From positions 29,512,001 through 29,576,000 of the forward strand of contig CM022672.1 of NCBI GenBank assembly GCA_012295275.1: 64,000 nt of DNA, written 5' to 3'. The notes under the pieces are model-generated. The model searched no databases and was not told the origin of the DNA. It saw only the letters and a list, made by a program, of their open reading frames with translations. Of this stretch, positions 11,881 to 25,100 are shown piece by piece. Position numbers and translations under genes: made by a program. This stretch comes from Chrysomallon squamiferum. Taxonomy: Eukaryota > Animalia > Mollusca. Positions within the stretch are counted from its first letter, which is position 1. The number at the start of each line of letters is the position of its first letter.

Positions 11881-13902
11881 TTTGTCGTGCGCTTGCCAAG
11901 TTAAAACTGTTGTGCTATATGGTGAAGTTAGGACGCTGTAACTGAAATCTTCGGTTATCAGTGTTATTGGCTTTTTGTTTTTCAAAATTAATGAAATTAG
12001 AAGTGCTTCTTTCACTTTGTTTGATTTCATCAACGTAGGTCCCGATTCTAGCTCCCTGTAATTGCAAGTGCTGGTAGTTTTTAATCTTATTTTGTACATT
12101 AATTAATTCTGAATAGTTGTCTAACTGTCTGAGTTTGTCTAGTTGTGTTGGCTTTTCATCTTGTTTTAAGTTTCGAATCAAAGCCTGTTCTGTCTAGCAT
12201 TTTTGTTTGTCGTAATCAATAGTCAACATTTTAATTTTCTTTTTACCTAAGACCTAATGATAGTTTTGGTAGTTAACTTTTTTAGATTGCCAAGTTAGCC
12301 AAAAGTGTTTAATTATATTTACATAAATTGAAAGACAACAGTCATGATTTAGCCTTGTCAAACGTTAACTCTGCCCAAACAAGCCTAACGGACAGTGTAA
12401 AAACACTGAGACAGGCCAGCTCCTTTCAAGCATTAAATAAGCTGACCTGACATCAAAATGCGATCAGTGTGTGAATGTGTTTTGTATGCTTGACTGGTAT
12501 GTGTAGGATGTCTTGTTTGGGTGTAAATATCTCTGTGTCCTTTACTGTATGTTTGTCTATTATTGTATTCAGTTCTTTTATCCCCACACATCCTCTTCTT
12601 GTCAACTGTAGCGTTGTCCACACAATTAAAATCACAGCACTGAAAATAGTCTACACAGCTTTCTGTGAAATCAGCCCTTAGGCACAGGTTCAATGGACAA
12701 TACATATTAACTGTTAATTACTTGGCTCTTAACTTGGCAAAGTAAACTTATAACTCTCGCTTCTGTGTCTTTTCGGGTATTAATAACTTTAATTTTTAGT
12801 TCCGTTACCGTCTAAAGTAAAAACCACCTAATTTTTTGCAACTTTGAATGGATTTAGTCTAGTGGTTACAACTGGTAGATTGCTATGTCTACTCGTCTGT
12901 TTTCCCGCTGTTGCTGTTGTTGTCACTGTTAACTCCGGTACTGCCTCTGGGGTGGTATCTGAAGACAATTCTCGTTTTTTCTTTTCTTGTTTCTTCTTTT
13001 TCTTTCGTTCCTTCCTTCCTTATTTACTTTCTCCACTTTCTCCTCCCGCCTCTTTCCCTGAAAGGGTCATCTGACTCTTTTCTCCCTCTTCTTCCATTTC
13101 GTTCACCTCTGTTTTGTCCTTAGCATCTTTCTGTAATGTCTTCTTTTCTGTATCAGTTATTGTCCCTGCTTTCAGGTAGGGTTGAGGTGGCTTTGCAAGG
13201 GCCGCCACAAAGGTGAAAGCTGGCATCTGGATCCACTCATTTTTTTTATGCCCTTCCTCACCACACTGAAAGCAGACCTCCGGTTGTTCACGGTAGTGAA
13301 CAGTAAACTTGAGGTTTTGCCTGTTCAGTTGGCCCGATATCGGTTTTTCCAGTTTTATTTTCAGTGTCCTCTCCCCTGTCTTTATGGTGGTATTCCGCCA
13401 CACTGAAAATGTCGGAGAGGACACAATCTCTCCGTATTCTGAAAGAACATCCAACATGAACGAGTTTTTGACTGTAAGGGGGAGACCCCTCACCCTCACC
13501 CAGGTGCCCCCTGGGAAGCGCTCGGTCACCTCACAGTGTCTGCCACGGATGGAGATCCCTTGCACCGCGAGCTGGTTTGGTGCTCTGGTCAGCGGCGACA
13601 ATCTCCACACATCCCTCCCCTTGGGAATCACTGCCACAATGTGGTCAGCAACGACGCTCCACACATCCCTCCGAAGTGGTCAGCGACGGATGCGAGACCC
13701 ACGCACACTTCCTCTCCAGTCAGGGCCAGGATGAATACCGGGGTGTGAGTGAAAAGCTCATCCATTGAACCTTCACGTAAGCGGTAAAGAAGAAAAACAA
13801 TTCCAAAACAAAAATTATCAAATATACTCACTGTAATCAAGTTTGTGAAGATTTGGTGTAACACCTAGCACGCTTTCTCAGTACTTTCTTGAAAATTTGA
13901 AA
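11880..13902 (-). mobile_element. Tx1/L1-clade non-LTR retrotransposon (Keno-like), 5' half only: 5'UTR, ORF1 zinc knuckle, AP endonuclease and linker
   Basis: ORF1 remnant MDELFTHTPVFI...WVRVRGLPLTV...YGEIV...IKTGERTL...YREQPEVCFQCGEEGHKKNE; endonuclease remnants (DFNC, TYSKGH, TDRIL) at 12.4-12.75 kb; LQGARI...E.ST..F.N.EK linker at 11.95-12.1 kb. No RT. 5' end abuts U2 snRNA nt 1-19. Confidence 0.85.
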
Positions 13903-13921
13903 CAAAAGGCTGAGAAGCGAT
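13903..13921 (-). pseudogene. U2 snRNA 5' stub (nt 1-19)
   Basis: rc reads ATCGCTTCTCAGCCTTTTG versus canonical ATCGCTTCTCGGCCTTTTG (1 mismatch). Confidence 0.8.
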
Positions 13922-13969
13922 AATATACACTTATTAAGCAGATCATATAAATATTTAAGAAAGCAATTT

Positions 13970-13981
13970 CACACTGGTGTG
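13970..13981 (-). promoter_or_regulatory. Candidate snRNA proximal sequence element (PSE)
   Basis: CACACCAGTGTG starts exactly 60 nt upstream of U2 nt 1. Confidence 0.6.
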
Positions 13982-14279
13982 TCATTATAAAATTATTTAG
14001 AAAGATAAGTAACTGTATAATGAAGATAGGAATTTATGCCAAAATTAAAAGGTTTAATAATACTTGTTTCTGGTGCCTTGCACTGTGTCATTTGAATAAT
14101 ATTTAAACAGAACTGTGCGTAAACTTAACATAAATGTGCACGCGTTGCATTCTTCCGATCTATGAAACGTAGCTCTGATGATTTTTCGTTCGCTGCATGC
14201 TGAAAATAACTTCTGTAGTTAGAAAAGCTTAGCTTCTCAGTCAGTGCAGTGTGCGTTCGAGCCCTTGCTGTTCATTTAT

Positions 14280-16645
14280 CTGTCATACTTTAGAGCTATT
14301 ACATTTCAAAGTTTGGTATTTGATGCAACATATGAATCTCTAGAAAATCAAGTTCAAAGTTGGCAATGATTAAAAGGTCAGTATTTATCGTACTTATTGC
14401 TAGAATTGGCTAACTAGTGTTCCCCTGCACCATACAGGTTGCGTTCCACTTCTGTTGTCTTCCACTTGTGTTGTCTTATCTTGAAAACCTTTCCTTTTTG
14501 CATGGATAGCCGTCCTACGTTTTTTAGCATCAAATGTCAATTTGATGGAAAGATTCACAATCCTGACCATATCTTGGCATTCACATTCATGAATAGTGAA
14601 CTTCCCAGATTCGATCCCAAGTTTCGTGAACAACTTTACAACAGAGACCCTACCATCATTAAAATGGTTAACTGCACTGAAAACAGCATCTTCAATCACA
14701 TCAGCCTCCACATAGTATTCCTTGTTGCACCTGTCCCATATCTACATGTTCAAACAGTCATTTACATTTTGTGTCTTGCCATGCAAGCATTTGCTCAGTA
14801 GACTTTCTTTTGACAGGCTTGATAAAGTCCACTATAGCCTTAGGTAGTCCTTTCTTTTGTTTCTGGACCCACACCAGGAGTCTTCCGCATCCGGGCATAG
14901 TTCATGCATTGGGTTCTCAGTGGTAGATGCCACATTTGGAAGTACAGCATTTTCAGACTTCTGCATCCCTCTCAAATCACCAGCATGCTGCCTTATCGCA
15001 AAATCAAAGTAGTTCTGCAGAGTGTTAATGGTTTTGTCAGTCTGTCTGCCAGCACCTGCAAGACCTTTGCCATCAGAAAGTTTTTAGCCTTTGTTGTCAT
15101 TTATTAGTCTCCTCAGTCTGGCCCCCAATCATTTTTGTAAATGACCAACACATTCGTGTTTTGTGATGGAAATATTCTCACAAGGTTTACTCTAACACAC
15201 TTTTTTTATAGGATGCAGAGTCTCCATCCCCCAAATAGTCGGTGTGTTTTGAAGACGGCAAGTATTTTCAGATCTTTGGAAAATCCTAACTGCCCCAACA
15301 GACTCCATCGCACCTGCACTACCAGTATGATTAGCTTTACAGTTATAGTTCAGCTTCCATTGTCGATAATTCTCAGACTCCTTATTCTTGCCCTTTCACT
15401 TCAAACATCCCCTACAGATATTTGACAAAACTTCTGAATCTAAACATTTCCCAGAATCAACAGAAATACATGTAACCACACCGTGGTGGGTAGCATGACC
15501 ACGTGTTTGCCACGTGCTGTCCAGTGACAGTCGGCAGTCACAGGGTTGTTATCTCTACCCACAGCCGAGTTACTTTTTTTTACATTTCACTTCTTCTGCT
15601 GCCTTCTGCATACTGTCTACTGCAACATCCTTATTAGCATTAAGCACCTTTCTGAAAAAAAATTCTGTAATTGTTTTTTGTCATTCGTGGTGGACCATTT
15701 GTGTACAGAGTAAAATTTTCCAGAGCACCATAACCCCTAACTATTGACCAAATGTATGACTCCAACCTCACATTTATTTCCTGTGTTGATTTTGTCAAAC
15801 TGTCACCTTTTACAGTTTTGGAAGTTTCCAATGAGGTTTTCCAGTCACACTCAAGGCACTTTATCTCTAGGACATGAAAAAAACCCACTGCCTGGCAGAA
15901 ATGTACACAGCACACACAAGGCCAAATGCAGTGTATTCAACACACCTCATATTTTCATGAATAAATGTACATAAAATATTCATATCAACAGGAATAAAAC
16001 CTTCCTGTACATTATCTAGCAAGTTCCTAACATTACTTTGAGTAGAGTTTCTTCCAACTTTGCACTCTGACCATTATGTTTACCAAGTCTCAGCTTCATG
16101 GGGGCTGCCATCTTGGATTTTACCATAGAATTTTCTCTTCGTTTTTCAGGTGCTAGATCTACCTTATTGCTTGCTCCCATCCTAAATAACTCATCAGCTA
16201 TCTTTACTAGTACCTAAACTTCAATTGCATTTACTTTTTAACTGACGATGGCAAATATTTGAACTGTATATAGAAGATGGAATTTGTTTTCAGACCAAGA
16301 TCAAACCTTAAAACACTGACATGAATGGCTGCTTCCCTCAGGCCCCTATATAACGAGAGCTGTGATTGGCTGATTGCTAAATGTCTATGAAACCTGTCTG
16401 CATTGAAATATTTTTCATTTGTTGTTTGTAAATTATGGTATCCAAGGTAAATTATGTTGCTAAGAGGGATAAACAAAACTTTTTCAAGAAAAAGGATCCA
16501 ATTTATTGATATTTCAGATAAATTATGGTAAAAATATTTGTATTCAATTTGAAATTGGATTCTGTATGTAAAACTTAACAAATAGATATCTTTCAATGTT
16601 TTTTTTTAATTTTACAATAAATTTATATTTATTTGGTCTTCTACC
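14280..16645 (-). mobile_element. Kolobok-type DNA transposon (DDE transposase pseudogene), 3' end lost
   Basis: Minus-strand 5' end TTAA|GGTAG (TTAA at 16646-16649). Remnants EINVR...IVRGYGALENF..TNGPPRMTKNNY, SLDSTWQTRGHATHHGVVTCISVDSGKCLDSEVLSK, and AV..FNDG...LGIESG...D..RI...AKKRR are typical of this family. Confidence 0.78.
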
Positions 16646-18359
16646 TTAACTGGAAGGTCAGTATGAAGATTGGCAGCAGAGCCATGTATAAGTTGATGGG
16701 AAACATTGTTTCCCTGTAGCAGTACAATACCTTATTCACAGTTCTCTCCTTCCGAGTTTTTCCATCAGTGGTGAGTGCCTGCTTCTTTGCTTTGTTGATG
16801 ATTTCACAGACCCTCTCACATGCTTCTCTGGACAGGGCTGTAGGCATCTCTTAGATCAGGAGGCACCCAAGCGAAATAGAAAACCCTGAATGCGTTCATA
16901 ATTTTCAAGTTGTTTTTAGTGACATCATACACTGACAACCATCTGTGTGCTACCCTTTGTTCTGGTTTAGTGAAATTTATTCCAAGAATATTGCAAAGTT
17001 CTTTAAACATTTCTCTAATGTCCAGACACCATTTAAATTCAGTATGGAGATCATCCATGAACCCTTCAACAGTCTTACTGAAATAGCTGCAGAACCTTTG
17101 GACTGAATGGTGGATATGATGGCAGATATCACCATCAATATCTATGTAACAATGTTTCAAAACCAGCTGTTTTCCCCTGATGTGGTTCATGGAGTCGGAA
17201 AAGTTGGAAATGACAGTATGATGTCATACTCTTCAAAAGTGTTTGTGACTAACTCTAGCAGTATCTTCTCATTCACCACTGGTATATCCTGCGATTTAAA
17301 ATGCTTCAACAGAACTTCGTGTTCAAGTTCAGAATAGTAACTCACAAGAATAGTTGATATCTTTTTATTGTTATTGCCAAAACATTCATCCAAATTCATG
17401 AGATACCTTTAAATCATGAACCAGTCTCACTGTATTTACAACGCCAAGACCCTCGCATAATTTGTATGAAGCAGTAGTACAGTTCCACCATATCTAGTGC
17501 CTTTTTGTCCCGACTACACTCCTTGGTGTACTGAATTAGTTTAGGTGCAAAGAATGTTCAGCCATGAAAGACAGAGTGAATGTCTCCATGTTCTGACGTC
17601 TATCAATGACAGTAACATTTGGAGCAGGCTGAGCTTCTGTTCTGTTTGGGACTACTTTGGCACAATTTAGGGGTGCACCGTAGGGAATGGGCCTACCTGT
17701 ACCATCAGCAGCTGGTCCAGGCCTAAGCAGGTTCTCATTCTCAGCACCATCAGTTACAGCTTCTGTCACAGGCAGTGCAGGTGTTGACTGCCGATCACAC
17801 CATATCTTAACATGCTGGTTTTTACTTGCATGCTTTTTCAAGTGTGATTTGCCTTTTCCGTTGTGTTACACCCTGTCATTGCACCAAGCATAAACAGCAA
17901 CACCAGGTTGATCGATTTTGCGAACCCACTCACTAAGAAAATCACTGAGTTTGTCCTTTTCTTCCAGTGAATTCCATCAAAAAGTGTTCTTGACTCCACA
18001 ATCAGCCGCCTTCAGACTTTGTACGACATCCCACTGAAATCACAAAATCCCCAACAATGGACAGATTTTCGATGCATTCACAAACAATACCATCATTTTG
18101 TCCAACATGACACGACCAATGTATACAATCTCTGCTTTGGTCTTGTGCAGATGATAGTTCGCGAGACAGATCTGGCTAGTGGTGAATAAGTAAATATGGT
18201 GGCCACAATAGGCGCAGCCATGTTAGATCTAAAGTTGGATCTAAACTCCATAAATTTTAGGTGGAACAAATGAAATTTGAAAAGTGGTGGATTTTTAAAA
18301 ATTTACTTGGCGCAACAAAAAGGCAGAATTCTGCCGAAAGGAGGCAAACTTTATCCATG
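16646..18359 (-). mobile_element. hAT-superfamily DNA transposon, 5' part with decayed transposase
   Basis: Likely 5' terminus CATGGATAAAGTTT at 18359; N-terminal W.C...H....H zinc-finger remnant; NLDEC (first catalytic D), DIDGDICHHIH (C..H box), HRWLS; ORF cut at the Kolobok TTAA. Confidence 0.75.
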
Positions 18360-18648
18360 GGTAATCATGAGGTTTCCAGGGATGTTGTGACCAGCTCCTT
18401 GAACGAACTCTTCAACAGTCTTGCTCCCATCTCGTCTGTCCATACATAACTGATGAAGTCAGGACTGTAACTTCGAGACTCGCCATGATCAGTGAATTAG
18501 TTTCTACCCAGAAAGATACCAAACACCACACAGATTTTCAATTCTATGATTCTGTGCCTCAGAGATTGTTTGTACACTGTTCGCCATCAAGGGTGACTTG
18601 GTAAACATTCCATATCTGTTGTGGAAAGAGCATAGTGATGCAGTAGAG
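18360..18648 (+). pseudogene. Possible continuation of the Sola2-like transposase (C-terminal part)
   Basis: Patches VTSSLNEL, FLPRKIP, DFQF and KEHSDAVE resemble the Sola2 C-terminus; a DP..QW-like patch follows the Buster element at ~21765-21835. Weak and frameshifted. Confidence 0.35.
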
Positions 18649-21600
18649 CAGTGTTTCCCAACCTTTTTTGTACTAGTGCCCCCTTGGATTTTCATATCGC
18701 CCCCACTTCCAAAATTCATTCATAAGTGACAACATACAATGTTTTAAAACAAATGAAGTCCTGAGTAATGTTTGATAAACTTACATTTAGTCTTTTAAAA
18801 GTCTTAAGCACGAATTTAGAAGGAAAAATATATAAAAAAATGTTGATGTAAATATTGTATTTAATGCAAAAAGAAAACATTCAAGTAACGTCCTTTTCAA
18901 TAAAATGTTTCTTAATTAAAAATACATTTCTCAATAAAAAATAGTGGTAGAGGATGCAGCTAAAATTTTTAATGAGATTGTTGAATTTGGTGCTCACAGG
19001 CTAATTCCTTCACCCTCAGGTCAATGCTATTTAGAAGTAATCTTAAATCTCCTTTTAATGATTTGCAGGCGATTTCTTTGTTTTGTGAGAAGCTGAGTGA
19101 CTGCACTAAATCCGCGTTCAGCCATATATGAAGTTGGGAAAGCTATGAAATAAAGCTTAATTGATTCCCACAACTTGGGATATCTTCCAGGAATTTTTTT
19201 TTAGTAACCAAAATTGTTGGTATGATTGTTTGAAGCGAGGCTTGAATTCGAAGTCGTTTTTTAGAGCAATCAACTCTTCTTGTATTTCAAGATTGGTTTC
19301 ATTTACACAAGCGTCTGTAAATGGATTCAGAAACCAGTCTGGTATTTCCATATTTGTAAGATCTTGGTATCTACAGCTCATGTCCTTGTGCAGTGTTTCC
19401 AAATGATCACAATAAATCAAGAGGTTGTCTTCCAGTTTGGAGTTATCAGACTCATCATTTTGTTCTTCATTAAGTTTTGGAAACTGAGACAGATTCCGAT
19501 GGCCAATATTATTCTTGAAGAAGGTCAGCTTGTCCAAGAATGTACAAATCTTAGCTTTTGCTTGGATAAGAGTTAGATCACTGCCTTGCAGTTCCAAATT
19601 GAGATCGTTGAATATGGTGAATAGATCTGTTAAATAGGCAATGTCTGTTTTCTTAGATAAAAGATAATCATTCAAATGATTACATTTATTTTCCTGAAGA
19701 AATTGCACTATGCTGTTGAAAAGAGAATAAAATCGTTTTAAAAAGTTTCCTTTGGATAACCACCTCATTTTGGTATGGAATAGAAGGCAATCAAATTCTT
19801 CATCGTTACAGAGTTGTTGAACCATTTGGGAACTGAGGGGTTGCCACTTTATTTTATTTACTGCCTTAATAACAACATCAAGGGATTTATGAAGCTGATC
19901 ACTTAAGTTCCTGGCAAACAGATGTTGCTGATGAATTACGCAATGTATTGTAAAGACACTGGGTACAGCTTTCTTTAAAAATGCAAGAAAACCTTTGTAC
20001 TGACCTGTTAATGTCACGCAAACAATAATATTGCTCATTGGGATATCTTTTTCTTTGAGGAACTGCTCAACTTCAGTAAAAAATAGATTCACCTCGAGTG
20101 ACCGTTTCGAGTTCCTTTGCAAACAGCAGTTCTTGCACAACATTATCTTTAATAAAATGAGCATATCCCAAAAGTAGAGCTTCATTGCCTGGTAGTGAAG
20201 ATTCATCCAGTTGTAAACCAAATTGTTGACTTTTAAGTGTGTCACATAATATTTCTTCAATATCCGTGGCCATTTCGTCGACTCTTCTTTGTACAGAATT
20301 ATTACTACGTAGAATTGCTTTGATAATTGTACTTGGTGAATCATTGTGTACTACTGTATGTAAGACTTCCTACATAGCTGGCAAAATCAGTTGCTCTCCA
20401 ATTGTATGAGGCTTTCCTGACCTAGCAGTCATTTTGGAGATATTGTATGAACAAATAAGTCCATCGTCGCTTTTTTGTGATTGTTTTGCCACAAGGGAGA
20501 CGATGGTGTTTCTCTTGCGAAATTTGTCTCGTAACGTTTGAAAGTATGAAAAATTATCTTTCTCTTTGTCAGGATGCATCTTTTTAAAGTGCTCGAAAAG
20601 CCTGGATGGTTTCATCGCCTTGTTGGAGATACTTTCTCACAAAGAAGGCACATCGGTCATTGCTTATTATTTGGAGAACTAATAAATCCATACTTCAGAT
20701 ATTCAACGGTATATTGTCTGCACTTTCGTTTTGATGACCTATCAGTCATAATTATGGGTTGTTAAATAAATTCACTGAAAATAAGTAAAATAGTTAGAGG
20801 CAAACAAAGAATATCACCATAGCAATTTAAGTAAGCATGTCTAATTTGAACTAAACATTTTATTAACAATTTTTTTTTTTATAAACAATATATTTTTTGT
20901 TATTTGAAATAGAAAAATTATAATAAGGATAAGTTAATTAAATGATTGTAAGCAACCTTTGCAGTTGTTGTTTTCCAACTAACTCGACTGTTTGACAATA
21001 ATTGTAACTGACTGCTTACTTGCATGCAATAACCTTCAAACTAAAATTTACTCTGGAAACATGCCAAATTCATTAAACGCCAAGTATATTTTTAACTTAC
21101 GAAAGACTAAAACAAAGTTAAAATAATTAAATTGCATTTTAGTGTTCACTTTGCAACTCATTTAGGGGTTTCAGTTTGAAGAATTAACTGTACCAGCATT
21201 GACACGTACTCTGTAGTCTCAGACCAGTAAGATCACACGTACCAACTTTGGCTAAAAACATACATTATCACGCATAAATCAATCATTCAATGACCTAATA
21301 TACACAATTGTTCGTCTTATGACTTTTATGTTCGGAACTTTCATTCAAATCCAATCCTAATCCCCAATTTTGCATATGAATATGAGCAGGGTAATAAAAA
21401 AACACTTGTCACTATCATGGCCATGTAAAAACTGACCATGGACAACTCACTTGGAACCGACTGAGCTGCAGTCAACAACTTCACATGTTCATACAGCGAG
21501 ATTGTGTTCATGCAACAACATCAGTGAGCAATTGAGATAAAATACAAGCTTAAGTGTTACTTTTTATAGTACTGCATGTTACTATTCTTGTGTGAACAAT

Positions 21601-21755
21601 TTATAGAATTGTAGCTTTTAATCTATTTTACATAGTAATATTTAAATTTGTGATATGATGTATTTTAGATAACGCCCCCTTATGTGCGTTCGGTGGCCCC
21701 AAATGAAGAAAAGACTCGCAACGCCCCCTTGTAACTCGCCAGCGCCCACAACCCC
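18649..21755 (-). mobile_element. hAT Buster/Charlie-family transposon (SCAND3/ZBED8-like transposase pseudogene at 18969-20749)
   Basis: TIR CAGTGTTTCCCAACC at 18649 preceded by cagTAgag (Buster-type nnnTAnnn target); cgccccc subterminal motifs at both ends; transposase motifs RQYTVEYLKYGF, MKPSRL..H, KPHTIGEQLILPA, QLDES, IHCVIH, RWLSKG, FPTSYMAERGFS; several frameshifts; opposite TIR missing. Confidence 0.9.
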
Positions 21756-22102
21756 TTGCCATTGACCCAAGAGCAATGGATACAGACAAATAGTTGCCAT
21801 CTTTGCTCCTGACTATATTAAACAAAACTAGTTGTCAGCTCTCGAGTTTGGCATGACCTGTCAATTGGTCTCTCTTGTCTAAATGCTGACATTTTGGTTG
21901 AGTGTGGTGATCTTGGGCAGATCCAGGATGTATTTGTCAAATAAATGTGATAGAATTATTTTGATTATATCCTGAACTTGTTTTAAAATTTCTTAGAAAT
22001 CAAGAATTTTACCTTAAATTATAAACATATTTTCACACAGCTCTTTAGCCTTTGCTTTGACTAATTTTGAATTTTTATATTGAAAATCTTTACTATTTTG
22101 CT

Positions 22103-22177
22103 ATATTTACTTTTGTTTGACACCTAATATGCGATATGTTTTATTATGCTGGGGTGTCATTACATATTCATTCATTC
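22103..22177 (+). mobile_element. SINE/LINE-derived 3' tail fragment
   Basis: tgtttgacacctaata...tgctggggtgtcatta...(ttca)n: small hairpin (gacacc/ggtgtc) ending in a CATT repeat, like mollusc SINE tails as recalled; unverified. Confidence 0.4.
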
Positions 22178-25100
22178 TGGCTACATGAACCCCAGGCAAA
22201 GTGGTGTATTGCCAGTTAGGATTATTAATGAGTTGTTTCTGTCTGACATTTGTCTTTACAATAGTCCATTTTCTTTTCACCGAAAACCCACCAAATAAAT
22301 AAAATCACTATATTCCCTTTTTTCTTGCCACGATTTCTACAAGCTTTCAATTAATGTTGCATAGTGCTTATTGTTAAAATACTGTTATTTAAAACCAAAA
22401 AGCCCAGCCCTTTTCCTATGGTCATCTTGAAGTCAGCGTAAATTAGTCTGTACTCTTTATTCTTTCTTTTTTTAAGTTGGTCATTTTTCCATCCTGTCTT
22501 TGAAAAATTGTCAGCATTGTTTCAAGTACTTTAGTGAACGTTGCATTCACAATGTTAACATGTTTTGGAATGAAGACAGCACCATTTTTTACATCACCTA
22601 GTTGAACAAGTAAGAGATGGTGGTGTTTTTTTCTTTCTTAATATAAAATGTAATGATCTAGTGGTGATCCAAGCACTGCACACTTTGAAATAAATTGGGT
22701 GGTGATTATATATTTTTTTTTTTTTAAAAAGAGAACAAAAAGATGTATTGAGATGACATCATGTGGGTATTTTTTTTACATTTCCATGAGAAAATGCCTA
22801 TCACTAACCTCTTAAGTTCTATCCAAGACAGGGAAAATGTTAATTCTGCTTAAATTCACAAAATGTATCTTCCATTACATATTTTTTTAAAGTGATTGTA
22901 GTCAGTAGTTATTATGAAGTACGAAGTTCATTGAAAAAAAATTATATTCTGATAAAATTTTGTTACAAATTTTTTACTTGCTTTACATTTCAAAGGAGTA
23001 CATAAAGTTAAGCTGATCATCACCATTACATCTGTTATTTTATTACATTTATTTGTTTATTTGTTCCTATTTATTTTTATTTTTATTTACTTAAAAATAC
23101 ACTGTGAAAGTTTAAATGTGGAAAAAAGATCCCTAAACTTGTATTAAAATGTTTCAGTTTTATTTTTTATCATCTTTTTTTTCCATACGTGATTACTTTT
23201 GTCTTTCAGTTACATACAAATGTCCAAAATTTTAATCCAATGCATACTTCCTAGATTCTAAAATTACTGTTACTAAACAAGGAAAGAAAACATTATTTCA
23301 GAGTAAAAAGTACATCTAAATTTTAAAAATATTTCTTCTGTACAGGATTTTTTGAAAATGTCCCTTTGATGGTACTTACAAATGTTAGTCACATTTTGTA
23401 TACTGTTATTATTTTGATTATCGTCTTCGTTGTTGTACTTAAAATTATTAAGAGATTTTTATTTTCTTGTCATATTTTATGATTGTTAAAGACCCTTGGC
23501 CAGTATCACACATAAAGATTCTGGTTTAAAAATGCAGTGCTTTTATTGTTTAGACAGTTTTAATAAATGGTACTGTCATCTATGAAGGAGATGAATTGTT
23601 TTTTGTTTATTTAGATAGTATGCACATGCTATCAAAGGAAACACTATTAAAAACCACTTTAAGATGGAAACAGTTGATGTTTAAGTTGTGTGTTTATGAG
23701 TTTTGTCATGTGCAATACATAAAAGTAAAATAATTTTTACTTGTAGTTGGACATCACATTCCAGATTCTGCCTTCATTTTTCTCGAGTTTTTTTCTTCCC
23801 CAGCAGGTTTTTGTCTTAGTTATTATTCTTGTATAAATGTTCATTTATGATGATGTTTAATGTTGAAATAATTATATTAGGTCTTTGTCAAAAGCAGTTC
23901 CAGCTTTCATTGTGCTTTTGTTTTTTGTAAAGAGCTGTTATTCTTTTTAATAACATTATTTAATTCTTTATTTCTTTCTTATTTTATTTTATTTTATTTC
24001 TAATTTCAAGGTGATCAAATAAATAAAAAAATTAATAAATAAATAAAATAAAAAAAGAGTAATAATAATTAATATATATTAATATAAAGTAATAATGTTT
24101 CTTCCTTGTACGTAAATCGGTTTCAACAAGTCAAGTGCAGATTGCTTATTTTAATAAAATATTTAATAAAATATACATCAAATATAAAATAGCTTAGTGA
24201 GATATTGTTTTCATTCAGCATTTGAATTAATACATCTCCAGACTTACTGGTTGTTGAATAGTTTTAACTTTCGTATTAAATGGAAGAAAATTTAAAGAAA
24301 TTAAAGTTTCCATACATGAAATCAGTGACAAACATGTTAATACTGTACAAATTATTTAAAAAATTTAATTTCTTGTTTGTTTTTTTTTTGTTTTTTTTTT
24401 TCCAACAAAGAAATGGTAATGGTTATTTTAATCAAATTTTGAAATTTTTTATTATTTCTGTTAAATTTGATTAGAAATTTTAATACTGTACAGTTCGTAG
24501 TCTAAAATTAAATCTATTTTTTAATATATGTAATCGGAAAAAATATGTAGTTTGTGACAAAAATAAAAATAAAATAAAATTATATTGTTTATTAATTTTT
24601 TTATTGTATATTAATTGACATCTCGTTGTGCAGCTGGAATCAGCTTTGTATCAAATGATTTACAGTGTGTTCAACTATCGGAACTGGAAATTTGTTATTC
24701 TTGACATAATTTGTTGCTAACAAAAAGGACCTAAAATTAGCATGGACCAACAGGAACGATAACTCGTAACGGCACAGTTTGCTGAAAAGGCTTCAGATTT
24801 CTCCAATTTAATGGGTACAAATTACACCTGAATGTTCCTTGCTGATGGGTTCTGACTCGGGGAACATTACTAACTATAAAAGTAATACATTAATCTTATA
24901 AGAAATTACAATTTCAGTTTATTATGCACGCATTTGCTCAAAAATAATCCAGTTTGAAAAGTTTTATTACGTTGAAAGGTAATTACGAAAGGTGTGGTAT
25001 ATCATGGTTTGGGAATATGAACAACCATTCTTACCTTCAGTAGGGTATGTCATTAAAAGATCGGGACATGAACGTAAAATTGTTGAATTTGGAAGTTTAA

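Noticed and set aside
18322-18335. Perfect palindrome ggcagaattctgcc
   Set aside because: Lies in the hAT subterminal region, where such motifs are ordinary.
10053-18367. ggtaatca at 10053-10060 and 18360-18367 as the hAT TSD
   Set aside because: No TIR follows the left copy and the sequence after it looks Sola2-like; probably coincidence.
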